From positions 1 to 64,000 of IMG/VR virus record IMGVR_UViG_3300044722_000002: 64,000 nt of DNA; one strand, given 5' to 3'. Source of the stretch: a virus. The notes beneath the pieces were generated by a model. The model worked only from the letters and a program-made list of their open reading frames with translations, had not been told where the DNA came from and made no database searches. Of this stretch, positions 40,405 to 49,993 are shown in pieces. Positions within the stretch are counted from its first letter, which is position 1; every line of letters starts with the position of its first letter. Made by a program: the position numbers and the translations under genes.

Positions 40405-40495
40405 TATCTTAGCCTCTTGATTATTCGCATGATCGCGGAACCAAAGAAGATTACAGCAGCGGTCCCAACGTCGTTGGTGTTGAAGGTTTCTGTAG

Positions 40496-40792
40496 TCATG
40501 GTTTTGGCAGCGCCCTTTCTCCCGCAGTTTCAGGACTGTTTGCAACACAGTCCGTAGCGGAGGACGCCATAAGGTCAGCAGCAATTCGCTCAAGCGTGCC
40601 GTTAATTATTGTCGCCCAAAGTGCACAAGCATTTCGCCAATGTTCCGGCACTTCCTTCTCGTTGGCAATCTCACGAAGCCAACGCGCAGCGTCCTCTAGT
40701 CGAGGTTTGGCGCGAGCTGTTGCGATAGACAGCGCTTGGGTAATTTCGCACTCGCCAGCGCATGAGTCGCAGTAATGGATTCCTTCTGACAT
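40496..40792 (-). CDS. hypothetical protein
   Basis: Coupled ORF. Confidence 0.45.
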   Translation of the reverse strand: MSEGIHYCDSCAGECEITQALSIATARAKPRLEDAARWLREIANEKEVPEHWRNACALWATIINGTLERIAADLMASSATDCVANSPETAGERALPKP

Positions 40793-41037
40793 TACGCGGT
40801 AACCTCGATTCGCGGTAGCGGCTCGTAAGTGTAGAAGCAGTCGCCAGACTGATTGGCGTACCAGAACTGATCATCAACTTGGGTGAGAAACCAGACCGGA
40901 GCCTGCTCGCTACCTACTTGTCCATCGCGGTAGGTTGTCGCAGTATCAAGAGAATCAGGCTTGCAGGAAAAAATAGCGTTCATACCCAGTCGTTGCATTG
41001 GACTCATTTCGACTGTGCCGTGTTTTTGGTTTGTCAT
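40792..41037 (-). CDS. hypothetical protein
   Basis: ATG lies 9 nt after the -10 box. Confidence 0.5.
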   Translation of the reverse strand: MTNQKHGTVEMSPMQRLGMNAIFSCKPDSLDTATTYRDGQVGSEQAPVWFLTQVDDQFWYANQSGDCFYTYEPLPRIEVTA

Positions 41038-41046
41038 AATGAAATC

Positions 41047-41075
41047 AAGATACACTAACTATATCGCCTTGTCAA
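41047..41075 (-). promoter_or_regulatory. sigma70 promoter with CGATATAGTT spacer motif
   Basis: TTGACA-aggCGATATAGTTagtg-TATCTT. Confidence 0.65.
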
Positions 41076-41114
41076 CAGGGTAGGCAAATATAATTTAGCC
41101 TAACCGGAAACTGA

Positions 41115-41381
41115 CTACTCCAACTCTATTCCCAGTCTCTCTGCTTCCCGTTTCATGGCGTCCCGGTTTGACTGAGGGTGACTACTGCCCCACATGTTGC
41201 CCCACAGGTCGCGCAGCCGTGCTTCCAGTACCTCATGTTCCTCCGGTATTTCCTCTATCGTGACGCGGTAGCGACGGATCAAACAGTGGCCGTTGAATGC
41301 GGCAGGGACGGACAGTGGAAAGTTACCGCCGGTTCCGATGAGGTCGGGGAAAAACGTCTCAAAGGTTCTGTTTTTGTTCAC
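41115..41381 (-). CDS. hypothetical protein
   Basis: ORF in the early region. Confidence 0.5.
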   Translation of the reverse strand: MNKNRTFETFFPDLIGTGGNFPLSVPAAFNGHCLIRRYRVTIEEIPEEHEVLEARLRDLWGNMWGSSHPQSNRDAMKREAERLGIELE

Positions 41382-41508
41382 GGTTTAACCCTTTTTCTTT
41401 TTCTTGGGCACGTTCCATTTGAGAGACTTGCATCGTGGACACTGCACTGGCAGTTCACCCTCTTTACGACGCTCCCAGGTTGCGTCACATTTATTACAGT
41501 GGAGTTTT

Positions 41509-42006
41509 TTAATCATCTGACTCCTTTGATTCCTTTATTTCGAACTCACGGCCTGCGTGTTCAACGATCGCCATGCCGCGTTCAGCGTTAACCCCAACGC
41601 GAAGTCCCGCCTCGACTAAAAACGACGCTAGTTCCGCAAGGCGCGCCAGTCGTCGATCTCGTGCGGTAGATCGCTCGGCTTCTTCCTTTTTTCGCTGTGC
41701 CTTTCTTTCCTCGGTTTGGCGCAACTCCCATGTCCTGTATTCAGCGAGAGCCTGTTCGAACTCAAGGACAGTGCCGCACCTTTTGCACAAACGAGCCGTA
41801 TTAAGGGACAGGGTCAGGTGCCAAATGTGATGGTCGGGATTCATCGCGCGGCCGCATCGAGTAAACGATTTATGTGTCCCGTTGTGAAAGCAACTCTGGG
41901 TGGAAATATGCAACGGCCCGCTACCTGTCTTTGGATCATAGTTCCAGATAATGTCAGGGCGAGGCGTTGCCTCAACGTTGCTCACTGGACGAGTTCGTTT
42001 TCTCAT
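41509..42006 (-). CDS. hypothetical protein
   Basis: Leaderless ORF after a promoter. Confidence 0.55.
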   Translation of the reverse strand: MRKRTRPVSNVEATPRPDIIWNYDPKTGSGPLHISTQSCFHNGTHKSFTRCGRAMNPDHHIWHLTLSLNTARLCKRCGTVLEFEQALAEYRTWELRQTEERKAQRKKEEAERSTARDRRLARLAELASFLVEAGLRVGVNAERGMAIVEHAGREFEIKESKESDD

Positions 42007-42012
42007 GGTCTT

Positions 42013-42042
42013 ATCATAATCCTAATAATAATATATTGTCAA
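42013..42042 (-). promoter_or_regulatory. sigma70 promoter, leaderless
   Basis: TTGACA-N18-TATGAT, 6 nt before ATG 42006. Confidence 0.65.
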
Positions 42043-42229
42043 CAGTTAATTTGTGAGAACTACTCGTCCTTTTCCAGCCCTTCGCGCTCTGCGCACGTGG
42101 GGCACACGCGATCATCGTCCGCGTCGCGTACCCAACACGCAGCATCCTCCGGGGAGTCGTCATGACCACAGTGGGCGCAGACGTTGATTGGGAGATGAGA
42201 GCCGTGCTCGGTAGAGACTAATTCACTGA

Positions 42230-42787
42230 TCATGGCTTCACGTCCTTTACGAGCGCGAGCGCAGCGCGAGCCTGCACCATCGCAGGATCGCCCATCCACG
42301 CTTCGTTTGTTTGTTCAAAGCGAACCATTAAGGTTTCCAGTGCGGCGAGCAGATCAGGTGCGGCAATTATCAGGCGAGCGTTGGCTTTTCCTGTGACAGT
42401 GCGCCTGATCCTACAAACAGTTTCCCACTGGGGGCCGTTGATCACTAAGTCCTGCGTGTGCGATCCCACGGTCCACGGCCCCGGCGTGAACGATGGAGCA
42501 CTAGTTGGCAGATCGCAATCAGGCGGTGGCGCAGGCTCATCCCAATGGCCCATTACGGTGTAGTCGTTATCACCTTGCGGGTCCGTCCACCGCCAACCCT
42601 CGACCCCTTCCTCGTCGTACAGTGAAGCTCTCTCGGCTTTCCATCCGGCGGCCACAAACGCATCCGCTCTTGCCTGTTCATCGCTCAACTCGGAAGCGGT
42701 CCGCGACTCCGACCGAGGAATGGCTGAGGTTTTTGCAGCGGATTTCCCTAAAACAGCGTTGGCGTAAGCTTGATCCTTGAATGTCAT
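42230..42787 (-). CDS. hypothetical protein (TPGPW...ANARLIIAAPDLL family)
   Basis: Common phage motif. Confidence 0.6.
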   Translation of the reverse strand: MTFKDQAYANAVLGKSAAKTSAIPRSESRTASELSDEQARADAFVAAGWKAERASLYDEEGVEGWRWTDPQGDNDYTVMGHWDEPAPPPDCDLPTSAPSFTPGPWTVGSHTQDLVINGPQWETVCRIRRTVTGKANARLIIAAPDLLAALETLMVRFEQTNEAWMGDPAMVQARAALALVKDVKP

Positions 42788-43110
42788 TTTTGATTCCTTT
42801 CAGATATTTAACAGGTGGCTTGTCTTTAATCGGCGTCTGCGCCCTTGGCGGCACAGGGAAAGCAATAGCGTTGATTTCCTGATTCAATGAAGTTGCCTGT
42901 TTGCACCTTTGCGCCGCACTCGTAACAGCGGTCCCGCATCATTGCTCGGTTGCCAGCCTTCAATTCTTCGATTCGGGCGAGTTTTGCGGCATGGTCAGCA
43001 CTCAACGAATTGTCTTTAGTGGCGTTGCCCGTTGGGGTGGCGAGTTCTTGGGTTTCATTGACCTTTTGCATGATCTTCTTCTCCTTAATCAGTCGGCTTT
43101 ACGGGATTGC

Positions 43111-43380
43111 TTAGAGCGCATTCGCCTGGAGCCACGCTTCAAACTTGAGGTTGTTGCGAGCGATACGGCGAAAGTCTTTAAGATTGAAAGTGGCGATACT
43201 CCAAACGTGTGAGTCGCCGTGACGTTTGCGGGACAGGTGGCTTTTTTCGTTAAGCTGTCCAATGTTCTCAACGTAGCCCAGGCGGGTAGCTGAGACCTGA
43301 TCGCCGTCGACTCGATCAATGCGGAAATAGTTACCAGAGTATTGTGAGAGCCAAACTTCCCCGGCTTTTAATGTATTCAT
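43111..43380 (-). CDS. hypothetical protein
   Basis: AGGAG RBS. Confidence 0.5.
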   Translation of the reverse strand: MNTLKAGEVWLSQYSGNYFRIDRVDGDQVSATRLGYVENIGQLNEKSHLSRKRHGDSHVWSIATFNLKDFRRIARNNLKFEAWLQANAL

Positions 43381-43434
43381 TTCCAGCTCCTTTATCAGTT
43401 TGATCTATCAACACGTCAGTCCTCGTCATTCTCT

Positions 43435-43761
43435 TCAGTAAATCTTCGTACCCTTCTCGTCCGTCAGACCCGCATCCTGTTCAATCTCTGAAGGGTCGCA
43501 CTCGTGGTTATTTCCCGCCTTGTGTTCAGCCTCAGTTGAGCAGCGCATAGTTCGAGCTACGGCTGAGAGAACGCGCACGTACTCAGCCTCTACGGCGTGA
43601 TCGGTATTATCTTTGGTTACTTTGATCAGTTTCAGGCAGTTGGTTTCGACCGATTTATCTATGAACGCCTGTTCGTCAGTCTGACCAGTGCGGTAGCCCA
43701 GCATCCAGATGACTATGCTGAGAATTGCCAGCAGGACAGTTGTTGCGATTTTGGCTTTCAT
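43435..43761 (-). CDS. membrane-anchored hypothetical protein
   Basis: N-terminal TM helix; AGGAG RBS. Confidence 0.55.
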   Translation of the reverse strand: MKAKIATTVLLAILSIVIWMLGYRTGQTDEQAFIDKSVETNCLKLIKVTKDNTDHAVEAEYVRVLSAVARTMRCSTEAEHKAGNNHECDPSEIEQDAGLTDEKGTKIY

Positions 43762-43801
43762 GTTTTTCTCCTTTGGGATGGAAGTTATTTGGAGCCAGTT
43801 G

Positions 43802-44638
43802 TTAGATTGCGACTAAGCCCCAATCCTCACTAACACGCTTACGCTCGTGCAGTGTATTCTTTGGCTTGCGGTAGTTTTTCTGGCCCCACGCGATCACGTC
43901 TCCGGGCTGACAGCGAATCATAAGAACTTCCGATGCCAGGTCGTACTCGGCAGCATCGAAATCGTAATGGTCCTTACCTCGGGATGCTGTGACGGTTGCG
44001 CCCCACGGCGTACCCCACTCCCGCGATTCTCCCCGCGTGATAGAAATCTCTACGGCGTTAATCTCGGCACGACGAGCTTTTTTGAGTTTGAGCACGTCCG
44101 CTCTTGCTTGCTTCTCTGCGGCCTCCCGCGCTTCTTTCGCTTCTCGCGCGGCTCTAATTTGTGGTTCTGCTGCGAGTAGAGCCTCGGCCTTAGTTTGCTC
44201 GCTCAGGCGCGCCGCCTCATCCTTCAGTGCGGCGTATCGCGCGGCGTAGGCAGCTTTGACCTCTTCGCTGGCCCCGTAGGGACTATGAGAGGGCGCGATA
44301 AAGTACGTGTACTCTACCCGCACTTCCTCGGAAAATACCGCACTGGTCGCTGTAGTCAGCTCGGCAGTCTCGATCCATTTTGTAATTTCAGCATCCTTTG
44401 CGGCTTGCTCTTGTGCGCTCTTTTCTGCCGCTGCTTGTCGCGCGAGCACTTCCGCGGAGAGAGCGTCTATTGCTGCCTCCGCTGTCGCCGAGATAATCGT
44501 TGGTACGAATCCAGCAGCCAATAACTCGCGCTGCTCTATAGGTAGGTCAGCTAGGCTGATTGATACTGTGGTTGTTTCCCACGGCTCTACGCCTGCGAGA
44601 ATTTGCGCTTGTCGATTGCCCTTTACCTGTATGTCCAT
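43802..44638 (-). CDS. hypothetical protein
   Basis: Ala-rich helical region; C-terminal GDVIAWGQKNYR. Confidence 0.6.
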   Translation of the reverse strand: MDIQVKGNRQAQILAGVEPWETTTVSISLADLPIEQRELLAAGFVPTIISATAEAAIDALSAEVLARQAAAEKSAQEQAAKDAEITKWIETAELTTATSAVFSEEVRVEYTYFIAPSHSPYGASEEVKAAYAARYAALKDEAARLSEQTKAEALLAAEPQIRAAREAKEAREAAEKQARADVLKLKKARRAEINAVEISITRGESREWGTPWGATVTASRGKDHYDFDAAEYDLASEVLMIRCQPGDVIAWGQKNYRKPKNTLHERKRVSEDWGLVAI

Positions 44639-44701
44639 TTTAAATCTCCAGTCCAAGTCCAGTCCAGATGTGCCGTGTCGGTCTCGGCTACGACGATTGA
44701 C

Positions 44702-44730
44702 ACTCTACTCTCTATGTATTGACTTGTCAA
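44702..44730 (-). promoter_or_regulatory. sigma70 promoter
   Basis: TTGACA-N17-TAGAGT. Confidence 0.65.
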
Positions 44731-44781
44731 TAGCTTTCACGAAAATAGCTCTCTCGGGGCGTATGTCCCTTGTTCGCCTTC

Positions 44782-44973
44782 CTACTTAGTTCGCGAGGGT
44801 GCTGGCAGTGCTTGGATCTTTGTTTGTGGGCCTACGGTGCCATCCCTGCGCTTTTTGTCCCAGAAGGGTGAGTTACACAGCCGGTTAGCGCAGGCTTTGG
44901 GCTTCTCAGGGCTTCGGGGATACCATCTGTTACCACAGCGGAGGCAGAGAAGTTGTTTAAGAGTTTCAGTCAT
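44782..44973 (-). CDS. small zinc-ribbon protein (paralog of 40249-40404)
   Basis: CLRCGNRWYPR...PKACANRLCNSPFWD. Confidence 0.7.
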   Translation of the reverse strand: MTETLKQLLCLRCGNRWYPRSPEKPKACANRLCNSPFWDKKRRDGTVGPQTKIQALPAPSRTK

Positions 44974-44977
44974 GATC

Positions 44978-45244
44978 TCAAAAGTTATTGCAGTCCGCGT
45001 AGTTAGTTAACGCTGATTCGGCTTGCGGCTTTTCTTCGGACATTAGTCGGGCGCAAGGCTTCGTTGTGTCAATGACCGTTCCGCCAAACTTACACGCTAC
45101 GTCATAGGTAAAGCGAACGGCACGGTTTAGGCAGAAATTGCAAACGAGCAGGTTGTTGATATTCTGCAACTGTCCCGCGTTTGGATCGCAACGACGATGC
45201 CCGCCGCAAAGGTCACACGCTGAATGTCCGCATTGATATTTCAT
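44978..45244 (-). CDS. Cys-rich hypothetical protein
   Basis: CDLC...CNFC; flanked by 22-bp direct repeats. Confidence 0.5.
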   Translation of the reverse strand: MKYQCGHSACDLCGGHRRCDPNAGQLQNINNLLVCNFCLNRAVRFTYDVACKFGGTVIDTTKPCARLMSEEKPQAESALTNYADCNNF

Positions 45245-45250
45245 AGTTGT

Positions 45251-45841
45251 TTAAGAGTTTGAGTCAGCGAAGGTCGGACGTTTACGTGAATGCACATTCT
45301 CAGTGTTACCGCAGATGTCACACGTTAGTCCGCCTTGGAATGGCTGAAATACGTGGCCGTGGATGTAGGGACGCGGAGACTCCGAAGCGCGCTCGCTAAT
45401 TCCTTCGACATAGAGCGCGTATTTACCCTCTTCATCGTTAGGGTCTAAAGGCTTTTGGCTGTCAGAAGAAGTAGGTATCTTTTCTGACGGGCCTTTGTGG
45501 TCTTGTTCTGTTTCCAGCTCTGTAACTCCTTGCTTTGCTTGCTCTTGCTCCAGCCAAGTTTTTATTTCATCGAACGAGTGCGGCACGGTTTGAGCGATAG
45601 CAGGGTTGGTTGTCTTTATATCCCAACGGCCTGTTCGTAACCAGTCCTCAGCGGCCTCGTGATAACCATCAACGTAGCCACGATCATAGTCTGCGTTCTC
45701 CGCTGGTTCCCTGCTCTCCCGATCATTATTGAGACTCTCCACCGTCGCGCAAAGACAAGCGCACTCCACATGCTCACCCTCCGGGCAACCGTTGTGAAAG
45801 CCGCAGATACACCGCCCACCCACATTAGACTGAGGTTTCAT
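45251..45841 (-). CDS. hypothetical protein
   Basis: Cys clusters; YDRGYVDGY. Confidence 0.5.
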   Translation of the reverse strand: MKPQSNVGGRCICGFHNGCPEGEHVECACLCATVESLNNDRESREPAENADYDRGYVDGYHEAAEDWLRTGRWDIKTTNPAIAQTVPHSFDEIKTWLEQEQAKQGVTELETEQDHKGPSEKIPTSSDSQKPLDPNDEEGKYALYVEGISERASESPRPYIHGHVFQPFQGGLTCDICGNTENVHSRKRPTFADSNS

Positions 45842-45984
45842 GGTTTAGTTTCCTAACGTCGCACTGTCAGGCCACAGACTCAGCCACCAACGAGCAGAGC
45901 GCAGATTCCGCTCCCCCGGCTTGTCGTATCGGTTTGAGGCTATAAACAGCGCCACTATTTGCAATCGTTGTCTGAATGTTCGTT

Positions 45985-46299
45985 TCATGCGTTGAATCCG
46001 TCGAAGCAGTTTGTGTCGCCGTAGTTCGTTAGAACGCTCTCTCTGTCGGTAAGTTCGGCAATCTCAACCTCGCGCTCAGTGGCAGGGATAATCCAGCCCT
46101 TGCGTACCATTGCTTCCCGAATGTCATTGGCAAGCATTTGCTCCCGTAACTCCCGCTCAAAAACATTAACCTCTTCGACTGTCTCTAAGGAGTCGCCAGC
46201 AAATTCGGTCGCGCCGGTATAGTCAGCGGGATACCAGCCGAGCCACATTTTAAAGTTTTCAAGTGCGTGGAGTACATTGCTGTTTGGCTTTGTCGTCAT
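45985..46299 (-). CDS. hypothetical protein
   Basis: GGAG RBS. Confidence 0.5.
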   Translation of the reverse strand: MTTKPNSNVLHALENFKMWLGWYPADYTGATEFAGDSLETVEEVNVFERELREQMLANDIREAMVRKGWIIPATEREVEIAELTDRESVLTNYGDTNCFDGFNA

Positions 46300-46314
46300 G
46301 GTTTCTCCGATTTG

Positions 46315-46599
46315 TTAGTCGCGTAAACTTTGGATGAATTTCTGCTTAGGACTTGACGGAAACGCTTTCAACGCCAACACGGTCAGACCGCTATTTCGCT
46401 GCTCTACCGTGTCGCGTCCAAGTACTTTGATGAGACTGCGACGATAAGCTGGCGTCAGTTTTCCGTATTGCAATTCATAGGTTTTTAGTTTCCTTGCGAT
46501 GGTTTCAGCCTCCATGTAATCGTGTGACGCATTGTGAAGATCAACGTCTTCAATATCGGCCAACTTATCGTCGCAGCGGTTGCAAGTTGTATTTTCCAT
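46315..46599 (-). CDS. hypothetical protein (first leftward gene)
   Basis: Leaderless ATG after a promoter; C2H2-like CNRC...HNASH. Confidence 0.55.
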   Translation of the reverse strand: MENTTCNRCDDKLADIEDVDLHNASHDYMEAETIARKLKTYELQYGKLTPAYRRSLIKVLGRDTVEQRNSGLTVLALKAFPSSPKQKFIQSLRD

Positions 46600-46605
46600 G
46601 CGCCC

Positions 46606-46634
46606 AATATAATCCAACTATATCGGTCTGTCAA
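46606..46634 (-). promoter_or_regulatory. sigma70 promoter with CGATATAGTT spacer motif, leaderless
   Basis: TTGACA-gacCGATATAGTTggat-TATATT, 6 nt before ATG. Confidence 0.7.
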
Positions 46635-46670
46635 TACACCATTTCAGGCGAGCAATCAACCGGAATTATC

Positions 46671-46700
46671 TTGCACGAGGAAGGTATTGTGAGGTACGAT
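46671..46700 (+). promoter_or_regulatory. divergent rightward promoter toward terS
   Basis: TTGCAC-N18-TACGAT. Confidence 0.45.
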
Positions 46701-47114
46701 GGAAACTCTTTAGCGAACCGGGTGCAGCGACGGAAGAGAGGGGTAAAAATGAACGACAACGATTTTATCTACAAAAAGGACTTACCGCTTTATATTGACG
46801 AGTTAGCTGAGTTTCGGCCCAATCCTAACAAGCAGTCGTGTGGACGGCGGAAGGTAGCGGACCCGGTTGATGGCGGCCCAAGAACGTGCGCAAAGGTGAA
46901 AGGAATGGTGACGCTGTGAACACTCAATCACTCCTACTGATCTCCACGAATCGCTGCCTGTCTCTCGGGTTAGCACTGGTGACGCTGGCGCAGTTGATTG
47001 GAAGGTAGAGGTGGCTGGAAAATGACGGCACTCCGAGAGATAGTCGTTGGGACTTTGGCGTGGCTGGACACAAGGAAAATCCGCCATGAACGCAACACTA
47101 AAGGCCGGTAACAA

Positions 47115-47732
47115 ATGGCCGCACAGGAAATAGAAATAATTCCTCCCGATCTAACGGCTCCCCTTAGCCTCTCAGACTCGCTCAAGCCCAAGCAGAAGTC
47201 CTTTATTCGCCACTACTTAGAGACTGGAAACGGAACTCAATCAACCCGTCTCGCTGGCTACAAGGGTGACGATAACTCCTTGGCCGTCATGGCATCCAAC
47301 CTATTAAGGAATCCTAAGGTCAGAGCGGAACTAACACGATTGCTCAATCCGATAGCAGAAGCTGAGGAGATCCTTGCTCGTCTAACTAAGTACTCTCGCT
47401 CGTCTATTGCTGATGTTTTGGACGGTTCTGGTGAATTTGACATTGACTACGCAAAGGCTAACCACAGTGACGATTTGATCAAAAAGCTCAAGATAAAGCG
47501 CAGAATTATCCCGGTGAAAGACGGAGAGCCGGAGACTGAGATTACGCACGAGATTGAGCTGCACGACGCTAAGGACGCAACGATTCAGCTGGGCAAATTC
47601 CGGGGATTATTCGCTGACCGAACGGAATCAGTGAATATAAACGTCGATCTCACCGGCACAGACCTGAACGGAATACTCCAGGGAATGCTCAATGCGGCGA
47701 TCGACGTGGAGGTGGTTGACGAAGCTAATTGA
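47115..47732 (+). CDS. terS: terminase small subunit
   Basis: LKPKQKSFIRHYLETGNGTQSTRLAGY...ASNLLRNPKV HTH; ELHDAKDATIQLGK. Confidence 0.85.
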   Translation: MAAQEIEIIPPDLTAPLSLSDSLKPKQKSFIRHYLETGNGTQSTRLAGYKGDDNSLAVMASNLLRNPKVRAELTRLLNPIAEAEEILARLTKYSRSSIADVLDGSGEFDIDYAKANHSDDLIKKLKIKRRIIPVKDGEPETEITHEIELHDAKDATIQLGKFRGLFADRTESVNINVDLTGTDLNGILQGMLNAAIDVEVVDEAN

Positions 47733-48155
47733 CCGACAACGTAGATTATACACTCTCAAGTGTTTAACTCGTTGTGAACACAATGTTTATCTGCTATTTC
47801 CTCGCTCCCGGACATATTGGCTATTATCAGACCCTCCTTACCTGCCAACAGTTACAGCCAGTCAATTACCGTCTCACGTTAAACACGTGAGCATCGTACT
47901 CGATTAGGTCGGTGTCCATACGGTGGGCGTACCCCATAATCATTAGGAAATTCGCGTGTTTTGCCCCCGGGGCGGGGGATCGATTTTCTCGCCCTGGACG
48001 ATTTACTCCCCCGCCCCTTTCGCGAGGCCCCGGTCAACAGGGAAGCGCGCTATAGCGCGCTCTGAGAGGTTTCCGGATGTTAACCGCTATAGAAAGCTAT
48101 TGTGGTTCCTATTGTGTTATGTTACTGTTCTTTCTGCGCAAAGCGGTCAAGATTT

Positions 48156-48374
48156 ATGGCAAAGTCTCCTAAAGTTCCATTCAGTTGTTTACTTCCGGCT
48201 AGTGCGGTGGAGGCGATTCGCAGGCAAGCTAAGGCTGATAAATGCTCTCAGGCGGACGTGGTTCACCGGGCGGTAGCTTTACTGTGCTTTGGGGAAGAAA
48301 TCGCGGGACAGGCGATTGCTCCGCGCTTGGCGTACTCTTCTGAGTTGGCTCGAAATTACCAGAGTGAGGGTTGA
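48156..48374 (+). CDS. ribbon-helix-helix DNA-binding protein
   Basis: KVPFSCLLPASAVEAIRRQAKADKCSQADVVHRAV. Confidence 0.6.
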   Translation: MAKSPKVPFSCLLPASAVEAIRRQAKADKCSQADVVHRAVALLCFGEEIAGQAIAPRLAYSSELARNYQSEG

Positions 48375-48944
48375 GGTTTACTTTGGGACGGCCGAGAACT
48401 TGCACGCTCCATTTGAGGAAAAACAATGAACATATCACGACAAAGTGAACGACGGGCGAGATTTAAGTTTGCGTTTTCCCGTATGCCCTTATGGGAAACC
48501 TGGACCACTGAACGTCCGCCGCGTCTACAACTTCCCGACGACAAAGCGGAGCGTAGGACAATAAACCACTGTAAGTCGATCCCTCGATCTCTACGAAGAA
48601 GCATGGCGCGCGAGCGATCCCTGCGAGAGTTCCGTGCCGATCATGGAATATCAAAGAATCAGGTGTGATTCTACCACAGAAAGAAGGGTAAAAGTGGATA
48701 ATTGCGCGCAAAAGGTTACCCGCGATCCCGTGATCTGTTACCTTGTTATGTGCAAAGAGTGCACGGCCATTCACGGCGTTGACGTACTTCACGAGCCAGG
48801 TTCTCACACCGAGGCTGCGCAGTGGTTGAACCGAGACCGCGTTATCCCTCAAGGAATCGTGCACCCCCACGTAGATCTATCACGCGTCCCCGTTTGGCGA
48901 CGGTGGCTGAACAACTTAACCTACTGGATAAGGGAGAATCTTCA

Positions 48945-49157
48945 ATGACTACACTTCTACTCGCTAGCGGAACACTTTCAATTGGCGTGGTGTTCTGGAT
49001 ACTGATGTTGCTGGTTTTGGTGTTTGGGTTCTGGACAGGATGGCCTGCGACCGGGCAGCCTGCTTCGTGGCGTCCACTGGGGTTTAACCTTCTCTTGTGG
49101 TTTCTGTTATTTCTCTTAGGCTGGGCTGAGTTTGGGTTCCCGATAGGTGGACGGTAA
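48945..49157 (+). CDS. small two-TM membrane protein (holin-like)
   Basis: Two hydrophobic helices; GGGAG RBS. Confidence 0.6.
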   Translation: MTTLLLASGTLSIGVVFWILMLLVLVFGFWTGWPATGQPASWRPLGFNLLLWFLLFLLGWAEFGFPIGGR

Positions 49158-49159
49158 GG

Positions 49160-49638
49160 AACTCTCTTCGGAGCCCCACGGCACCAACCTCGCTTTACTC
49201 GGTGTATCGCTATTAGATTCGAGTGGACGCAGTTTACCCACCCTTGGGGAAGGTAAACCAAGTGTACGCCACTGAGTTCTCGCGTTACTTGTACCGAGTT
49301 CTCCAGACGGGTTACTCAGACAGACATCCTCTGCCAACGAGGAGCTGTTTACCATATCTGAGCTGGCCGCATCGGTAAGCGACTTGTTCTGAGTCTCCCG
49401 ATGTGATTAACGTGCTGTCTCTGGACGCAGGGCCAAAAGCAATTCCATGCGGCTGTCTCTCCGCGGGCTCCTACCTACAGGCTGGCTTGACGCAGCTTTA
49501 TCGGCAGGGGATTCATTTGGCTTCGTATTTCGGTGAGCGCCACCATGCACGGACGATCCTTTGTAAGTCAGTAAATATCGTCAGTTTTTGGGTGATTGAG
49601 AGGATTCAAGGAGAATCTTTGTTTCAACCATCCTGAAC
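49160..49638 (-). ncRNA. candidate large structured ncRNA
   Basis: No convincing ORF; many hairpins; upstream TTGCTT-N18-TATCCT. Confidence 0.35.
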
Positions 49639-49739
49639 GTGGATAGGATATCGCACGATTTGTATTGAAAGCAAGAAGTATTTTTGCTAGACTGATCTTA
49701 ACGTGCTGCACTCAACTGTCCTGAACAACAGTTAACCTT

Positions 49740-49778
49740 CGCCCCGTGAGAGAAATCTTTCGGGGCGTTGGTGTTTTG
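49740..49778 (+). terminator. intrinsic terminator
   Basis: CGCCCCG...CGGGGCG followed by TTGGTGTTTT. Confidence 0.5.
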
Positions 49779-49896
49779 TGATAGAATCCTTTCTGCGCAA
49801 TCAGCTGTTAGACAGAGACGCCGATCCATCTGACTGTTAACCGCTACTAATGTGAGCATGGCGAGATCGGGTTGCTGATGTCAGTCGCTTCACTTA

Positions 49897-49933
49897 AAAA
49901 GACGCTTTGATTTTCGGATCGAGGCGTCTTTGT
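49897..49933. terminator. intrinsic terminator
   Basis: AAAGACGCTTTGAT-TTTCGG-ATCGAGGCGTCTTT. Confidence 0.6.
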
Positions 49934-49993
49934 GTATTCAACTAAAATAAATTGTTTGCAATTTAGTTATAAACGGTTGTACACTCCCGTTCG

